Source: Takakia lepidozioides
Taxonomy: Eukaryota; Plantae; Bryophyta
DNA length: 64,000 bases
Direction of reading: 5' to 3'
NCBI GenBank assembly: GCA_030704615.1
Contig: CM060733.1
Span: forward strand, 12,152,001 to 12,216,000
Each line of letters opens with the position of its first letter. Position 1 is the first letter of the stretch. Position numbers and translations under genes: made by a program. The notes beneath the pieces are model-generated. The model saw only the letters and a list, made by a program, of their open reading frames with translations. It ran no database searches and was not told the DNA's origin. Below, in pieces: positions 1 to 12,369 of the stretch.

Positions 1-199
1 CAAGTTACTGTCGTTGTGGCAGCAGGAAAGTATCCAAAAACAGATAACAGAGATGAGGAGAATCTTGGGAATGAACACTTTTCCGACCCCAGTCAATGGT
101 GGGACAATGGACACAAAAAGGTGAATCTCTGTTGGACTACAGAGAGAAGCAGATGCAATTCAGAATTGGGGTGTCAGGTGCTAGAAGTCTCCATGGGTC

Positions 200-1175
200 A
201 TGAAACAAGGTAAGAACAATGTGGTGAGGGCACCTTCTTCTTCGACCTCTTTCAGCCTGTTTTGTCCTCTCATCAGATTCGACCCTGAGATGTGGGTCCA
301 GATTCATCCAAGAGGGTCGGATTTCAAGCTCCAGATCACCTATGATTCCATATGGAAGGATAGCTACAAGAAACCTGCATGGGTAGATGGTCAACTGGAA
401 GCCGCAACAACAGGAGCAGCCGTACAATTAATAATGTCAGGCATTGCTAATGAAGGCACCTTCTTCAAAACATTTCACCCTGTTTTTCCCTCTTCTCACA
501 ATCGGCCCTAAATTTTCATGTTGAATTCTGCAAGGTAGCTGGTTGAGTGAACCTTTGATAGTTTGGAGTGACTTTGACATGATACTACTGCCAATATAAC
601 AACAGTGAAGTATCCATAAATAGGTAACAGAGACGAGGAGAGGTTGTGAAATGAATACTTTTCTGACCCCAGTCAATGGTGGGACAATGGAGACAAAAGG
701 TGAATGCCTATTGGATTACAGAGAGTAGCAGATGCAATTGAGGATATGAACTAGAGCGACATGTTGAGTTGGGTGTTTCCTAGAACAAATCTAGGCTGTC
801 ATTGTCAGCTGATAGCAACAAGGCAGGGATATATGTATGATTTGTGCAGAGGCATGGATAGCTGAAGGAGCATGGATAGTGTGTGGGTGGACAGATTCAT
901 CCAAGAGGGCCGACTTCAAGCTCCAGATGACCTATGATTCCATGTGTATCAAATAGCTACAATAAACCTGCATGGGTAGATGGTCAACTAAAGGCAACAG
1001 CTGCAGTGGCGCAGTTGATAGAATCAGGCACCTCAACCATGACCACAACTTCTGGAAGAGGATCAAGAGAGGGAGTCCACAATGCCTTTTCTGGCACTTC
1101 TGGGCATGTGAAGATCTTTTGTGCGGCAGTCAGCCTGACAGACTCCAAACCAATGGGGCATTTCAGCAGATTCAG
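200..1175 (+). repeat. Duplicated 5' module of the PPR locus (two direct copies, ~200-540 and ~760-1175)
   Basis: Peptide-like block WVQIHPRGxDFKLQITYDSxWxxSYKKPAWVDGQLxA occurs twice here and four more times, inverted, in 15.2-18.3 kb. Confidence 0.75.
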
Positions 1176-1177
1176 AT

Positions 1178-2266
1178 ACGTATGTCTGTCTCTTGCTTAA
1201 GTGCATCAAGATGGAAGGTCTAGAAGCTGGAAAGCAGGTGCACACTCACATTATCCAAAGTGGATTCACACCAAATGTTTTTCTACTCAACACCCTTGTC
1301 AACATGTATGTTAAGTGCGGGAGCATCGTGGATGCTCACCAAGTGTTCAACAAAATGCCTCAACGATCTTTGATCACTTGATAATGTTGGCAGGATTTAC
1401 CAAGCATGGGTGTGGTAGGAATGCTTTGGAGACCTATGAGCAAATGTTGCGCGAAGGGGTGAAGCCTGACCGCATAACGTTGGTTTGCATTTGTAATGTG
1501 TGTGCAAGCCTGGCAGCCCTGGATGCAAAGGGAGTGTTTGACAGTATGGCTGAGCGAGATGTGGTGTCGTGGAGTGCGATGATTGCAGGAGATGCACAAC
1601 AATGGGCGGGATGGAGGCTTTGGAGACCTATGAGCAATTGATGTGCCGCATAACGTTTGTTTGCATTTACAATGCGTGTGCAAGCCTGGCAGCCTTGGAA
1701 AGGTGCAAAGAGGTCCATGGTGACATCGTCAAAGCTGGATTTTTCATCTTGAACACTGCCCTGCTGGACATGTATGTGTGAGTGCATCGAGGATGCAAAG
1801 GGAGTGTTGAACAGTATGGCTGAATGAAATGTGGTGTCGTGGAGTGCGATGATTGCAGGATATGCACAGCAGGGGCGTGGGATGGAGGCTTTGGAGACCT
1901 ATGAGCAAATGATGGGGGAAGGTTGAAGCCCGACCACATCACGTTTGTGTGCGTTTGCAATGCGTGTGCAAGCCTGGCAGCCCTGTAAAAGGGCAAAGAG
2001 GTGCATGGTTGCATCGCCAAAGCTGGAATTGTACCAGATGTGATTCTGAAGTACAATACCCTCGTGGACATGTATGCCAACCAAATTTGCATTGTGATCA
2101 TGATTACTGTTGTGGAATATCATTAATCAGTGCATTGCGTACTGGATGAGGCAGTGGATCTGATTAATAAGATGCCAATCAATCCAGATGTTGTGGTGTG
2201 AAAAGCCTTGCTTGGTGCCTGCAGAATCCATGGCAATGTGGAGATGGCTGAACGTGCGGCAACATC
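1178..2266 (+). pseudogene. PLS-class PPR protein pseudogene, P/L/S motifs and start of E domain
   Basis: GKQVHTHIIQSGFTPNVFLLNTLVNMYVKCGSIVDAHQVFNKM; AERDVVSWSAMIAG; GVKPDRITLVCICNVCASL; LLGACRIHGNVEMAERAA; multiple stops, frameshifts and deletions. Confidence 0.92.
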
Positions 2267-3113
2267 CACTACAACAGATCGCGGTAGTTATGACTGCCAA
2301 ACCGTGGTAGTCATGGTTTTCATGATTTTGACCATGACTGCACCATGTTTTTATATGAAATTGACCTCCCGCAGTCGTTCATACGACTGTAGTCATATGA
2401 ACGACTATCTAAATAGTCGTCTGTATGACTACATGGCTCCGGAATGGGCGGAAGGCTGGTCAACGGCAATTGACCAGATTTAGCTCACTATTCATAGTCA
2501 TTTCCATGACTACAGTGTACATGGATGAGATTACATAGTCATGATGACTACTGGGGATTTTGTAATTTGGTGTGTATAATACAATTAAAACACCATATGA
2601 TCATATGAATGACTAATAGGTGTATTGGTTAACAGGTAGTGAACTATAACTCTTATAGTAAAGAGGTTGCAGGTTCAAACTCCTCTAAGTACAATCAAAT
2701 GGATAAGATGGTCCTAGGGTTAGTAGGTGAGCTAGGGATAGCACGTGGTACCCTAGATGGATTGCCACGTGGTTTTTTCATTATTATAAAATGCATTATG
2801 CCACGTGGCACAATGCGGTGCGACGCAGCATTTGACATATGTTTTTATTTTTTTAGTTTTTTAATTTAATTTAATTTTTTAAATCAATTGCACCTCGCCA
2901 CATGGCGCAGCAGCGGCGGCTGCAGTATGGTATATATGACTGCAGTGAGAGATATCACTTGGTTCATATGACTGTAGTCATCCGGACCGTACCATCCTGT
3001 ACTCATTGTATTGACTTGGTTTGCATGACTTACAGTCATAGAAGTCATATGTACCGTTTATGACTGCAGAATAATCATATATACAGTCATAAATACCGCG
3101 ATCTGTTGTAGTG
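2267..3113. mobile_element. Non-autonomous CACTA (En/Spm) DNA transposon, 847 bp
   Basis: Perfect 20-bp TIRs CACTACAACAGATCGCGGTA (2267-2286) / TACCGCGATCTGTTGTAGTG (3094-3113); 3-bp TSD ATC (2264-2266, 3114-3116); many ATGACT/AGTCAT subterminal repeats. Confidence 0.95.
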
Positions 3114-3234
3114 ATCTATCCTCAAGTGGGATGAACATGATGCCGCGACTTATGTGTTGTTATGTCAAACATCTATGCTGCAGCTGGCAGGTGGGATGAT
3201 ATTGCAAAAGTAAGAAGAATGATGAAGGTCAGAG
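3114..3234 (+). pseudogene. PPR E-domain segment between the two CACTA insertions
   Basis: Reads ILKWDEHDAATYVLL(frameshift)SNIYAAAGRWDDIAKVRRMMKVR, the canonical E2 motif. Confidence 0.9.
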
Positions 3235-3899
3235 CACTACAATACAAGCTGGGCTTTTCGACTTTGTATTTGACTCATTTTTGAGTCGTTTGCAACATTT
3301 TTACTCCCAGCCTCCATAGTCGAACATGCGTGACAAAGGTCAAGTCGTTTCAGTCAAGCAGTCGAATCCAGATGCCAGGTTCTGACAGTGAAATGTGACA
3401 GTAAAATCTAGGGGATGACGTGTAGGCAGCACAGTATGACGTGGATGCGACGTGGCTGTCATGGTTTTAGTCATGGTTATCTAGATTACCTACTTCTAGT
3501 TAACTACGACATTTTAGATATTTATATTTATATTTTGTGTGTTGGGACTTCATTTGGTCTCACATGTCAAGTGAGGTGTCGAGCCTCACTTGAGACATGG
3601 AGATAGGTTTTCCCCTTGTGAGTGTTGAGGAGGCTCATCTTCTTGTAGTTGAGCCTCCATGAGCTTCTCTCACCTCCATAGCTCTAGGTATTGAGAGGGA
3701 GTGTGTTGAGGGCTTTGTAGGGTGGATTCCTTTAGCAAAGGTGCCATTGGCTTGACTTAGTTTATGTGATAGAGTGGATTTCACTTGGAATGACTAGGGC
3801 TTGTTCTTCATGTGATTGCTTCATGCTTTGAGAGCTTTCATTGTCTTCTACTTCTCTCATTTCTCATCTCTTATCACTATAAGAAGATCACTTTATGCT

Positions 3900-5010
3900 T
3901 GTGAGTGCGGAGTGTAAGGATTAGTTTTGCACTTGTATTTTAAAGAGGTTGAGAGCTAGGAGAATTTAGCTCTTGTATCACAAGGCTTGCAAGGGGTTGC
4001 AAGGAAAGGTGCTTGAGTATTACATGCACCAAGGAGTTGGAGAGCTTGAGAAGAAAGCTCTTGAGTAACAAGATTTTGCAAGGATTGTAAGGAGGAAGTC
4101 TTGTGTGTGTGGAAGCATGGATTCTAGGGTTTGAGAATCCTTTGTATGCATTATGGAATCGATGGTGTGCGCCATGGCTTGTGGAGAGTGACTAAAGGCT
4201 TGTTAGTGCTCATTTCACTATCAAGCTAGGGTTAAGCAAGTTCAAAGTGTGGATGTTGTGGAAGAGAAGCCAAGGAGCTATATATGTTTGGGCTTGAAGA
4301 CAACAAGGGCAAGCACTTGGAGAGCACTAAGAAGCTCAAGAGGTTTTGAAAGGGAGCATGTGAAGAAATCTTCCAATCATGGTGGTGTGGAGCCAAGCTT
4401 AGGGTGCCATTGGAAGGGCTTGGAGAACACGTGGTGGGAAATCCTTGAAAGGAAATCATCATTCAATGTATGCATAGCTTCACCCTAACTATGTAATGTG
4501 ACAAGAGGGGGAGGCAATACTTGGCTATTCATGCTCTTGGTAGTGCGAGCTTTGTGGTGGATAGTTGACCAAGCAAGTGGTGCATGTGTGGAGCATGCTC
4601 GCTTGAGTTTGTAAGTTCAAGTTTGAGAAGGGGAGCTCTTGAACTAGCAAGAGGTGAAGGCCTTTGAGATCCATTTGTGTGTGAAGTGGAGAGGTGTTGA
4701 TTCATGTTATGATGAAGGAGAGCAACACATAGGCCAAGAGGTCATGAAACATGCATTCAAATGACCACGGGGAGCACATGGATGATGGATTGGTGCAAGA
4801 CCCCAAATGAGGCATATGGCGTGAGAGTGGGATCCAAGGCGGATTGCTTGGGAGCATTATTGTAAGTGACAAGCATTGCTCCTACACATTGAGATAATTT
4901 GTGTTGATTTGGAGCAATTGTCAAGTGATGAGGAGACAAATGCATGATTGCTCGGCATTGGAGATATGGTAGTTTGCAATCAAATCCCAAGGACTAGAAG
5001 GGGGATTGAT
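3900..5010 (+). mobile_element. Highly degenerate Ty1/Copia-like RT/RNaseH remnant
   Basis: Faint motif echo GKHLESTKKLKRF*KG (~4308-4355) resembling copia 'HWxAxKRILRYLKG'; PPT-like AGAAGGGGGA followed by TG near 4996-5008. Confidence 0.35.
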
Positions 5011-5184
5011 TTGGTGGACAATGACTTGCAAGTTGAGTTGGACCACTCTTGGTTGCACATTGGGGTGGAAGAGAGTAAGAAGATGTCTCTTATGACCACC
5101 TAGAGACCATATTTTTGCTTGAGTAGAAGCATAGAAGTCAAGGACTTGCATTCTAGCTCTTCATTACAAACCCTAGTAGTGTAT

Positions 5185-5550
5185 GCTCAGACTATACCTC
5201 TGTTAGTATACCAAACAGGAGCTTGTCCCTTTGACTATACCTCTGTTGAGGTATCACCATATGTGAACCCTAATGTGAGACTATACCTCTGTTAGTATAC
5301 CAAACAGGAGCTTGTCCATTTTACTATACCTCTATTGAGGTATCACCATATGTGAACCCTAATCAGCTCAGACTATACCTCTGTTAGTATACCAAACAGG
5401 AGCTTGTCCCTTTTACTATACCTCTGTTGAGGTATCACCATATGTGGACCCTAATCAGCTCAGACTATACCTCTGTAAAGGTATCATCAACATAAGGGAC
5501 CCTAGCAACCTCAAGTATATCTCTGTTAAGGTATCAACAGTGTAAGGACT
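5185..5550. repeat. Tandem repeat, ~92-bp unit x ~4 with internal ACTATACCTCTGTT dimer, probably within an LTR
   Basis: Units begin at ~5185, ~5277, 5366 and 5458 with near-identical sequence. Confidence 0.9.
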
Positions 5551-6297
5551 TAGTGAAATTTAAGGGCCTTTAGAGGATTGTTTGGAAGATATTTGAGGGC
5601 CCTTGGAAGAGTATTTGGAGGATCTTTGGGGTCCTTGGAGGAGTGTTTGGAGGATCTTTGGGGTCCTTGGAGGACCCTTCGAGGAGCTTTGGTGGACAAT
5701 GTTGAAGAGCTCTTGAAGGATTGATTGAGGGATATTGAAGGATACTTGCCACGGCCATACAAGCGAGTGGATAGAGACAGGAGGGAGAGTAGTGGGATGA
5801 GAGCATTCTGGGGTTAGGAATTGCTTTAGTTTCTCTTCTCCATAGTCTTTCACCCTCTCTGTAGGCCAAAACCTTTCCGTAGGTGGAGGCAAGAGTCAGT
5901 CCGGGTTTGGGCTGGGGTGTCCTTGCAGGAGCGACACTGTGGAGTGTTTTTGGTGTGGGGGAGTTGTTGTCTTGATTTTCTTGTGTTTGGATCCCCTCCA
6001 CACCTGCATGCTTGAGTGTGCACCATGTTAGCTTTGTGTGGGCGCTTGTTTTCATAGGAGGTTGGTCCGGATTTGATCACCGGCCAATCCTAGAGTATGC
6101 TGTCGGTGGTGAGGCTGGAGTGATGACCAGCAAGACCACCAGTGTTTCTTCTATGGTGAGGTTGGGTTGATGACCAGCAGACCATAGGAGTGCTTGCGGT
6201 GGATGCAGGTGCAGGTACAGGTCTACGTTAGAAACCTATTATTCCTGCTTGAACCAGTAGCCGCAACAGGTTCTTTACCCGGTTACCTTGTACAAAG

Positions 6298-6316
6298 TGG
6301 GGATTAGAGACAGGTT
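6298..6316 (+). promoter_or_regulatory. Degenerate primer-binding site (tRNA-iMet type) following a putative 5' LTR end (..GTACA at 6294)
   Basis: TGGGGATTAGAGACAGGTT versus plant consensus TGGTATCAGAGCCAGGTT; lies 3 nt after CA and ~200 nt before the gag ATG. Confidence 0.6.
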
Positions 6317-6510
6317 GACAACCGGTTGGGTTGTGAGTTTTCATCACGGAGGTGCCACCAGCTGCTGAGGGGAGTGCCAACAAGCACCAGCGATACTAGT
6401 GGGTACACAAGACAAGGTGTGCGGTTTAGGCCACTTTCACCTTCAGTGTCTTCTGAGGAAGGTTCGACTCGGAGTAAGGAGGATTCTCGCCGAGGGTGCA
6501 AGTCATTTCC

Positions 6511-7750
6511 ATGCCATTGTTGTGGGACACGATGGAGGAGATGTATGGAGCTACCAAGGGGCCACGTAGGTATTCTGGAGCTATGGGCACCATCGAGCTT
6601 GATGACTTTATACAAGAGTTTGACAGTTGGTGTGATTTGCAGCAAATGCGCAATCCACAACTGTTTACGCCCTTTATGGCGTGGAAGGGGCTATTCCAGC
6701 ACCTTGAGGGGCCGCCCATGGATGATTACCATGAATTTAGGCGGGGACATGCGGTGGAGATTGAGGAGTGGCGAGAGTATTGGTCACCTAACTATGTCTC
6801 AATCACTAGAGGCACAAGGGCAGCGGTGACACCAGCAGCTACACAAACATCTCCAACTACAAGCACTAGTAGTGGAACAAGTAGTGCCGACACTTCTGAA
6901 GGTGGTACCAGTTCAAAAGGTGCTACTACTCCTCCTGCCACAATTACAACACATGTGCCTAGATTCAACCCGGTGGTGGAGTTCTTCTAGGAGTTGCGGA
7001 GGAACTACCAAGGTGTACGGACAAAGAAGCTGCGAAGTTTGCAAGACTTCCAGCGCAAATCCAATGAGAGCTTGCGAGAGGCCTACACTCGTATGAGGCG
7101 CTTGATAAGTGTGACCCAACGGGTTACTGAAGCTCAGGCAGTCCAGTTCTGGTATGGAATTTTGGACAAGGAGCTCAAGAGAAGGGTGCGGGATGCAACC
7201 CTGTTACAAGCGGCCCAACCCACATTAGCGGATGTGTTTCTGCTGGCTGAGCGGATTGAGCTCAACATGGTGGAGGAGCGAGTTGTTACCATTGAATTTG
7301 GCAAGGACATGTCTGCACGAGGTGCAGCTGCCAGCCAACAGGTACAAGGGACTGCCCAACAGCGTGGTCAGGGGGGCAAGGTTGCCCAACCCAAGTTCCA
7401 TGGAGCTTACAGGGGACCTCAGGTGCAGAGGCCCGTGGCATCTTTTGCATGCCAACAGCAACCAGGGGTGTTGGACATGTAGAGGACCCCATGTCAAGAG
7501 AGATTGCCCAGAGAGTGGCAGAAGGCCGGCACAAGCACAGCCTGCACAGTTGCAGTGTGGGCATTGTGGCAAGTATGGTCATGGAGATGCCCAGTGTTAT
7601 GACTTGCACCCTAAGTTGCGCCCAGGCCAGTTCCAAGGGAACAATGGTGGCCGGGGGCAAGGTGGACCAGCCCAGAGAGGACGAGGTGGTCGGGCACGAG
7701 GTGCAGGCCAAGGGCAAGCTCAACATGGCCAAGGACGCGGAGGTAGGGGG
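6511..7750 (+). pseudogene. gag: Gag with capsid-like region and two zinc knuckles
   Basis: LRSLQDFQRKSNESLREAYTRMRRL (major-homology-like); CWTCRGPHVKRDC (~7469) and CGHCGKYGHGDAQC (~7556); Gly/Arg-rich tail; stop at 6988 and frameshifts. Confidence 0.85.
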
Positions 7751-8459
7751 TGTTGACCAAGACATGGCCAACCGGCTTCAACAGCTAGAGCAGAGGCTCG
7801 CTGCCATGGCTACAACTCAGGTGGTACCGGCTCCCAGGCGGGATGGTCCACCTCCTGCTCTTGAGAGAGGAGATATGGGAGGCATGGGATTCATGTGCGG
7901 AGTAGCACTACCACTAGTGCAGGTGGAGTCTGCTGCAGCCGTGACTTGAGGAGCAGTACGAGTTCCTGAGCCACGAAGTGCAGAGGTGGAATTGGATCCA
8001 TAGCGTAGGGAGGCAAGCCGTCAGGCGAGGCTTCCTCAGTCATTCACATTGGCGGAGACAGTGTCGACGCCATCCATGGCACCTAGTTCTCGCCCGACTG
8101 TTACCAAGGCGGAGGTTACTATGCCATTGGGGAGAGCTACACGTGCAGCACTGACACCTGCTACCAAGGCTAGTGCAGCCGGTGTGTTATTGGGGGCAGC
8201 CACCTCTGTGTGTCAAGCCCCACTGTTCTCGGCAACCATGATTGCGACACCGGGGGTAAGACCAGCTGCAGTGTTCAGACTAGCAGCAACACTCTGCGAG
8301 AGTGGGGAGGTCACTTCATCTTCTGCGGAGTTACTGGAAGGTGTAGTGGCAGAGGGATCCTCGGATTTGAGGGTCAAGACTGCCACGGCTGCGCCATGGC
8401 AAGCTGCAGTTGCCAGGTTGATGGAGCTGCCAGCTAGGCCAGCCTTTGAGCGCGCCATG

Positions 8460-8870
8460 GTGACACCTGGAGTTGTCTTGTTAGACAACCAAGGAGGCAT
8501 TTTCACTTTGAGTGGACTGGCAGGCAAGAAGTACCGGCCACTGCGGGTCTTGTTAGACTCAGGAGCTCAGCCACTGATGTTGGGCAGAACTGCTATTGCA
8601 GGTTTGGGCCTCATGGAGGCGGATATGGAGCCTTGTCATTTCCAGATACAAACATCTCTGGGAGGATCAGAGCAGGCTCGGGGCATGACACGGTGTGAGT
8701 TGGCCATTGGACTATAACCAGATCATCCTGTAGATGGCTCAGTGATGCGAGCCAAGGCCATTGTGATAGACGCGGTCTCTTACGATGTCCTTGTTGGTGG
8801 GGCAGTGTTATATCCCATGGGCTTCACCCTGGACTTTTGGGAGGAGTCAGCATCCTACAGGCCTGGATGG
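8460..8870 (+). pseudogene. Retropepsin aspartic protease
   Basis: VLLDSGAQ (catalytic Asp codon at 8556) and downstream YDVLVGG motif; in-frame TAA at 8715. Confidence 0.85.
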
Positions 8871-9260
8871 CAGTCAGGGGATGGTCGTCGTGCACAGCTC
8901 CCTGTGACATTCATTGGGGGTATTGCGGCTGCCCAGCGGGGCAAGATGCCAACACTAGCCGCCTTTACAGCTGCAGTTAGTTGGCCTGGAGAGTTGTTGG
9001 AAGGCAATGCCCATGCAGAGGATGTGCCACCTCCAGCAGAGCAGGATGACATGCATGGTACGACGGAGTTGCCTGCCATGGTTGCTCACACTCCATTATG
9101 GGGTACGAGCAAGGATTTGCAGCAGGCTGCTGATAGACGGGTACAACAAGCCTAGGTAGAGGCCTTCGTACCGTCAGGAGAAGAGGAGAGTGCGGTAATT
9201 GCACCAGGACCACCTCAGTTGTCGCCATTGGACACCACACCTCTTGTGTGGCAGTGCCCG

Positions 9261-10216
9261 GATGAAGGCATATGCCTTCTGGACTTGTTTGGCGGGATCA
9301 GCACTGGATTGGCTGCAGTACTGCAGCCAGGTGTACGAGTTCGACGTTACCTATATGTGGAGAGGGATGAGACTGCATGACACATCTCACTGCGCCATGT
9401 TGCTCAGTTGGTACAGCAGTACCCTGATTTGTTGCCAGTGTCTGCAGTTCGTGGATACCAACAAGCCTTGCCAGCAGACATTTCGTTGCTGGGGGCGCAG
9501 GATTTGGAGTGGGTTGGCTCCATTGATCTGGTAGTGGCAGGTTGGCCCTGCCAAGGGCATTCATCAGCCGGGCATGGCAATGGATTGCGAGACTCGAGGA
9601 CGGGTCTGTTTTGGGAGATGGTGCGGATTTTGCGCCACTTGCAGCTTCATCAAGCTGTATCTCCAGCATACATCTTGGAGAATGTGCCACTGATGGGTGA
9701 TTCTCGGGCCAGGGTGATGGCCAGTGTGCATCAAGTCCGGTCGTGGCTTGGGTCAGCAGTGTTGCTGGATGCAGTTGCATTGGGGTCATGGGCTCATCGT
9801 CCACGGCTATGGTGGACTAACTTGATGCCACCCGCACTGCTCAAGCGTGCATTTGATGGGGTGCAGCGGCCAGCACACCTCACAGTGGATAGCATTTTGG
9901 ACACAGGGAGGCAGTCTCAACGTGTGAGACACGATGACCGTTCGCTTTGGCAGTGGTCAACAGGGTGGGTCAACCACGAGCAGCATTACCTACACTGCTC
10001 AGCTTCCCAGGATCCCATGCTTTTCGGGATAGTGGACCTGGCCTCTTGTGGGATAGCCAGTTGCAACAATTAGTGGAGCCCAATGCTGACGAGCGTGAAC
10101 GGGCGATGGGTTTTACCACAGGTACCATGGCGGTGCCATCTCTTTCTGAGGCATCACGTCGTCAGGTGTTGGGGCAAGCAATGGATCTCAATTGCTTGAC
10201 CTGGATTATCAGCTTG
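9261..10216 (+). pseudogene. C5-cytosine DNA methyltransferase domain (DNMT3-like motif pattern) inside the pol polyprotein
   Basis: Motif I LDLFGGISTG (9279), II YLYVERD, IV DLVVAGWPCQGHS (Cys 9549-9551), VI YILENV (Glu 9678), VIII AHRPRLWWTN, IX ERERAMGF, X RRQVLGQAMDL (10157); stop TGA 9378, frameshift ~9945. Confidence 0.93.
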
Positions 10217-10644
10217 GCTATGGCTGAGCAGCGCAGAGTACGGAGTACACTTCCCTTCATGGTCTCCCTACCTACCGAGACGGTACAGGCAGCGAGTGGG
10301 GGCAAGCAGGTGAGGACCACGAGGTGCAGGCCGCATCCATGGCACACGTGGGAGGTGCTTGAGGTTCAGAAGGAGTTGGCAGCCAAGGCGGCGGTGATGG
10401 ATCAGGTTGGGGATTTTTCTCGGATTGAGGAGGTCCTCAAGGATGGGATGATGGGGCAGGATGAGACATTGTCACTGACAGAGGAGGCAGTGGTCACTAC
10501 TCAAGAGGTTGCAGCATAGCAACCACGGGACGCGTCTTCTACCTCTAAGCTTGCTGGACTCAAGGTTGCAGTCACGGAGGACAACTGGGAGCCTGATGTT
10601 GGACCTATAGTCACCGGAGAGAGAGACGACGTATACGGCGGTTC

Positions 10645-12020
10645 TTGAGGGCTTACAGGAACTGCTTTGCCCTCAGTTTGAAGGACTTAGGAGCACTGAA
10701 GGGTCAAGAGATTCGCATTGAATTGGCTACTGACACGCCAATCTTTCGGAGACCCTATAGATACAGTGACATGGAGAGGTCCTTGATTCAGATGAGAACT
10801 CAGGACCTCTGGGAGGCTGGTTTGGTGGAGCTATCTGGGGGAGAGTATGCTTCAGCCACAGTGATGCCAGCCAAGAAGGATGTCTTTGGCAATTGGACGG
10901 AGAGACGTATGTGCGGTGATTACCGGCCTGTAAATCGTCAGACCAAGTCCGATAGGTATGCCATGCCAACACCAGAGGAGATCTTTGATGCCATTGGGCA
11001 TGCCAAGGTCTTTAGCACGTTGGATTTACGATCCGGATATCACCAGTTGCCGATCAAGGAGGCGGATAAGCAAAAGACGGCATTCTGGGGGATCAATGAG
11101 CACGGGAAGGATTGCCTATACCAGTGGCGGATCTTACCATTTGGGCTTAAGAACGCTCCGGCAGAGTTTCAGAGAGTCATGGACAGGATTCTAGCAGGGG
11201 TGGAGTTTGCTCGGTGCTACATAGATGACATCATCATCTTTAGTGCTACGGTGGAAGAGCATGAGAGACACCTTCAGGGGGTATTTGAGCGCTTGAGGGC
11301 GCACGGATTGAAGTTACATCCGGGAAAGTGCAAGTTTTTCCACAACCAGATTGAGTATCTGGGTCACATGATATATCCTGGAGGATTGGGGGTACAGCAG
11401 ACTAAGGTAGAGTCCATGGCACAGGTTCCACGCCCCACGAATGTGAGCCGAGCTCGAACTTTCATTTGGTTAGCAAACTATTATAGACGGTTTGTTAAGG
11501 GATTTAGTGCCATTGCAAAGGCTCTAACCAAGCTGACCAAGGTGGACCAGGAGTGGCAGTGGGAAGATGAGCAAGAACAAGCTTTTCAAGAGCTCAAGGC
11601 GAGGTTGACCTCGGCGCCCATCTTGAGACGACCTATCAGGGGGCGTCCTTTTCAGCTGCATACAGATTGGAGCATGCTGGGGCTTGGAGCGGTGCTCACA
11701 CAGGTGGATGATGAGGGAAGAGAGTTCGTAGTGGCTTATGCTAGCCGCTCGAACAACGTTGCAGAGTCTAAGTATAGCTCATATGAAGGAGAATGCTTAG
11801 CTGCAGTGTAGGCCATGACACACTTCAGGTGCTATCTATACGGCAATCTCTTCACCCTTGTCACGGATCACCAACCACTCAAGTGGTTGATGGAGTCAGA
11901 CAAGCTTACGGGGAAGCTTGCACGGTGGGTACTCATCCTTCAAGAGTATGACTTTCAGGTGGTGCATCGACCGGGTTTGGTCAATCGCAATGCAGATGGG
12001 TTGAGTCGCAATCCATGCAC
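10645..12020 (+). pseudogene. pol: Reverse transcriptase and RNase H (Ty3/Gypsy)
   Basis: RMCGDYRPVN, LDLRSGYHQL, LPFGLKNAPAEFQR, YIDD (11218-11229), LHTDWS, YSSYEGECLA, TDHQPL, NADGLSR; stop TAG 11809. Confidence 0.96.
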
Positions 12021-12369
12021 GAGCCAGCAGGACGACACTGAGCTCGGTGGCATGGTGAGACGGACGAGGAGATGGTGCCCGGATGGCATGCATCTGCATT
12101 TCTGTGTATCTTGGCAGCGGAAGGCCAGTTTGGACTTGCAACAGGGATGACTATAGATCAAGTGTCTGAGGACCCTGAGGCCAGCAATGAGCAAGGTGGC
12201 GCCAAAGATATACATGAGGATTCAGTTGTGTTGGACTACCTCCGCACTGGAGATACTGCAGCCGTTGTGACTGCCAAGGAGAGGGATCGGATCCTACAAC
12301 GAGCCAAGAGGTTCAAGTGGGAGGGGACACACCTGCTCCGAGTGTGGGAGGATGGTCGAGTGAGGATTG

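Noticed and set aside
5185-5550. CRISPR-like regular repeats
   Set aside because: Intervening sequences are also repeated (no unique spacers), the context is eukaryotic, and there are no cas genes
7440-7760. Programmed gag-pol frameshift
   Set aside because: Several frameshifts and stops are scattered through the element, so these cannot be separated from decay using a single copy
9261-10216. Host DNMT3/DRM gene or bacterial contamination
   Set aside because: Intronless, in frame with the protease, flanked by Gag and RT, and decayed like the rest of the element; motif order is not DRM-permuted
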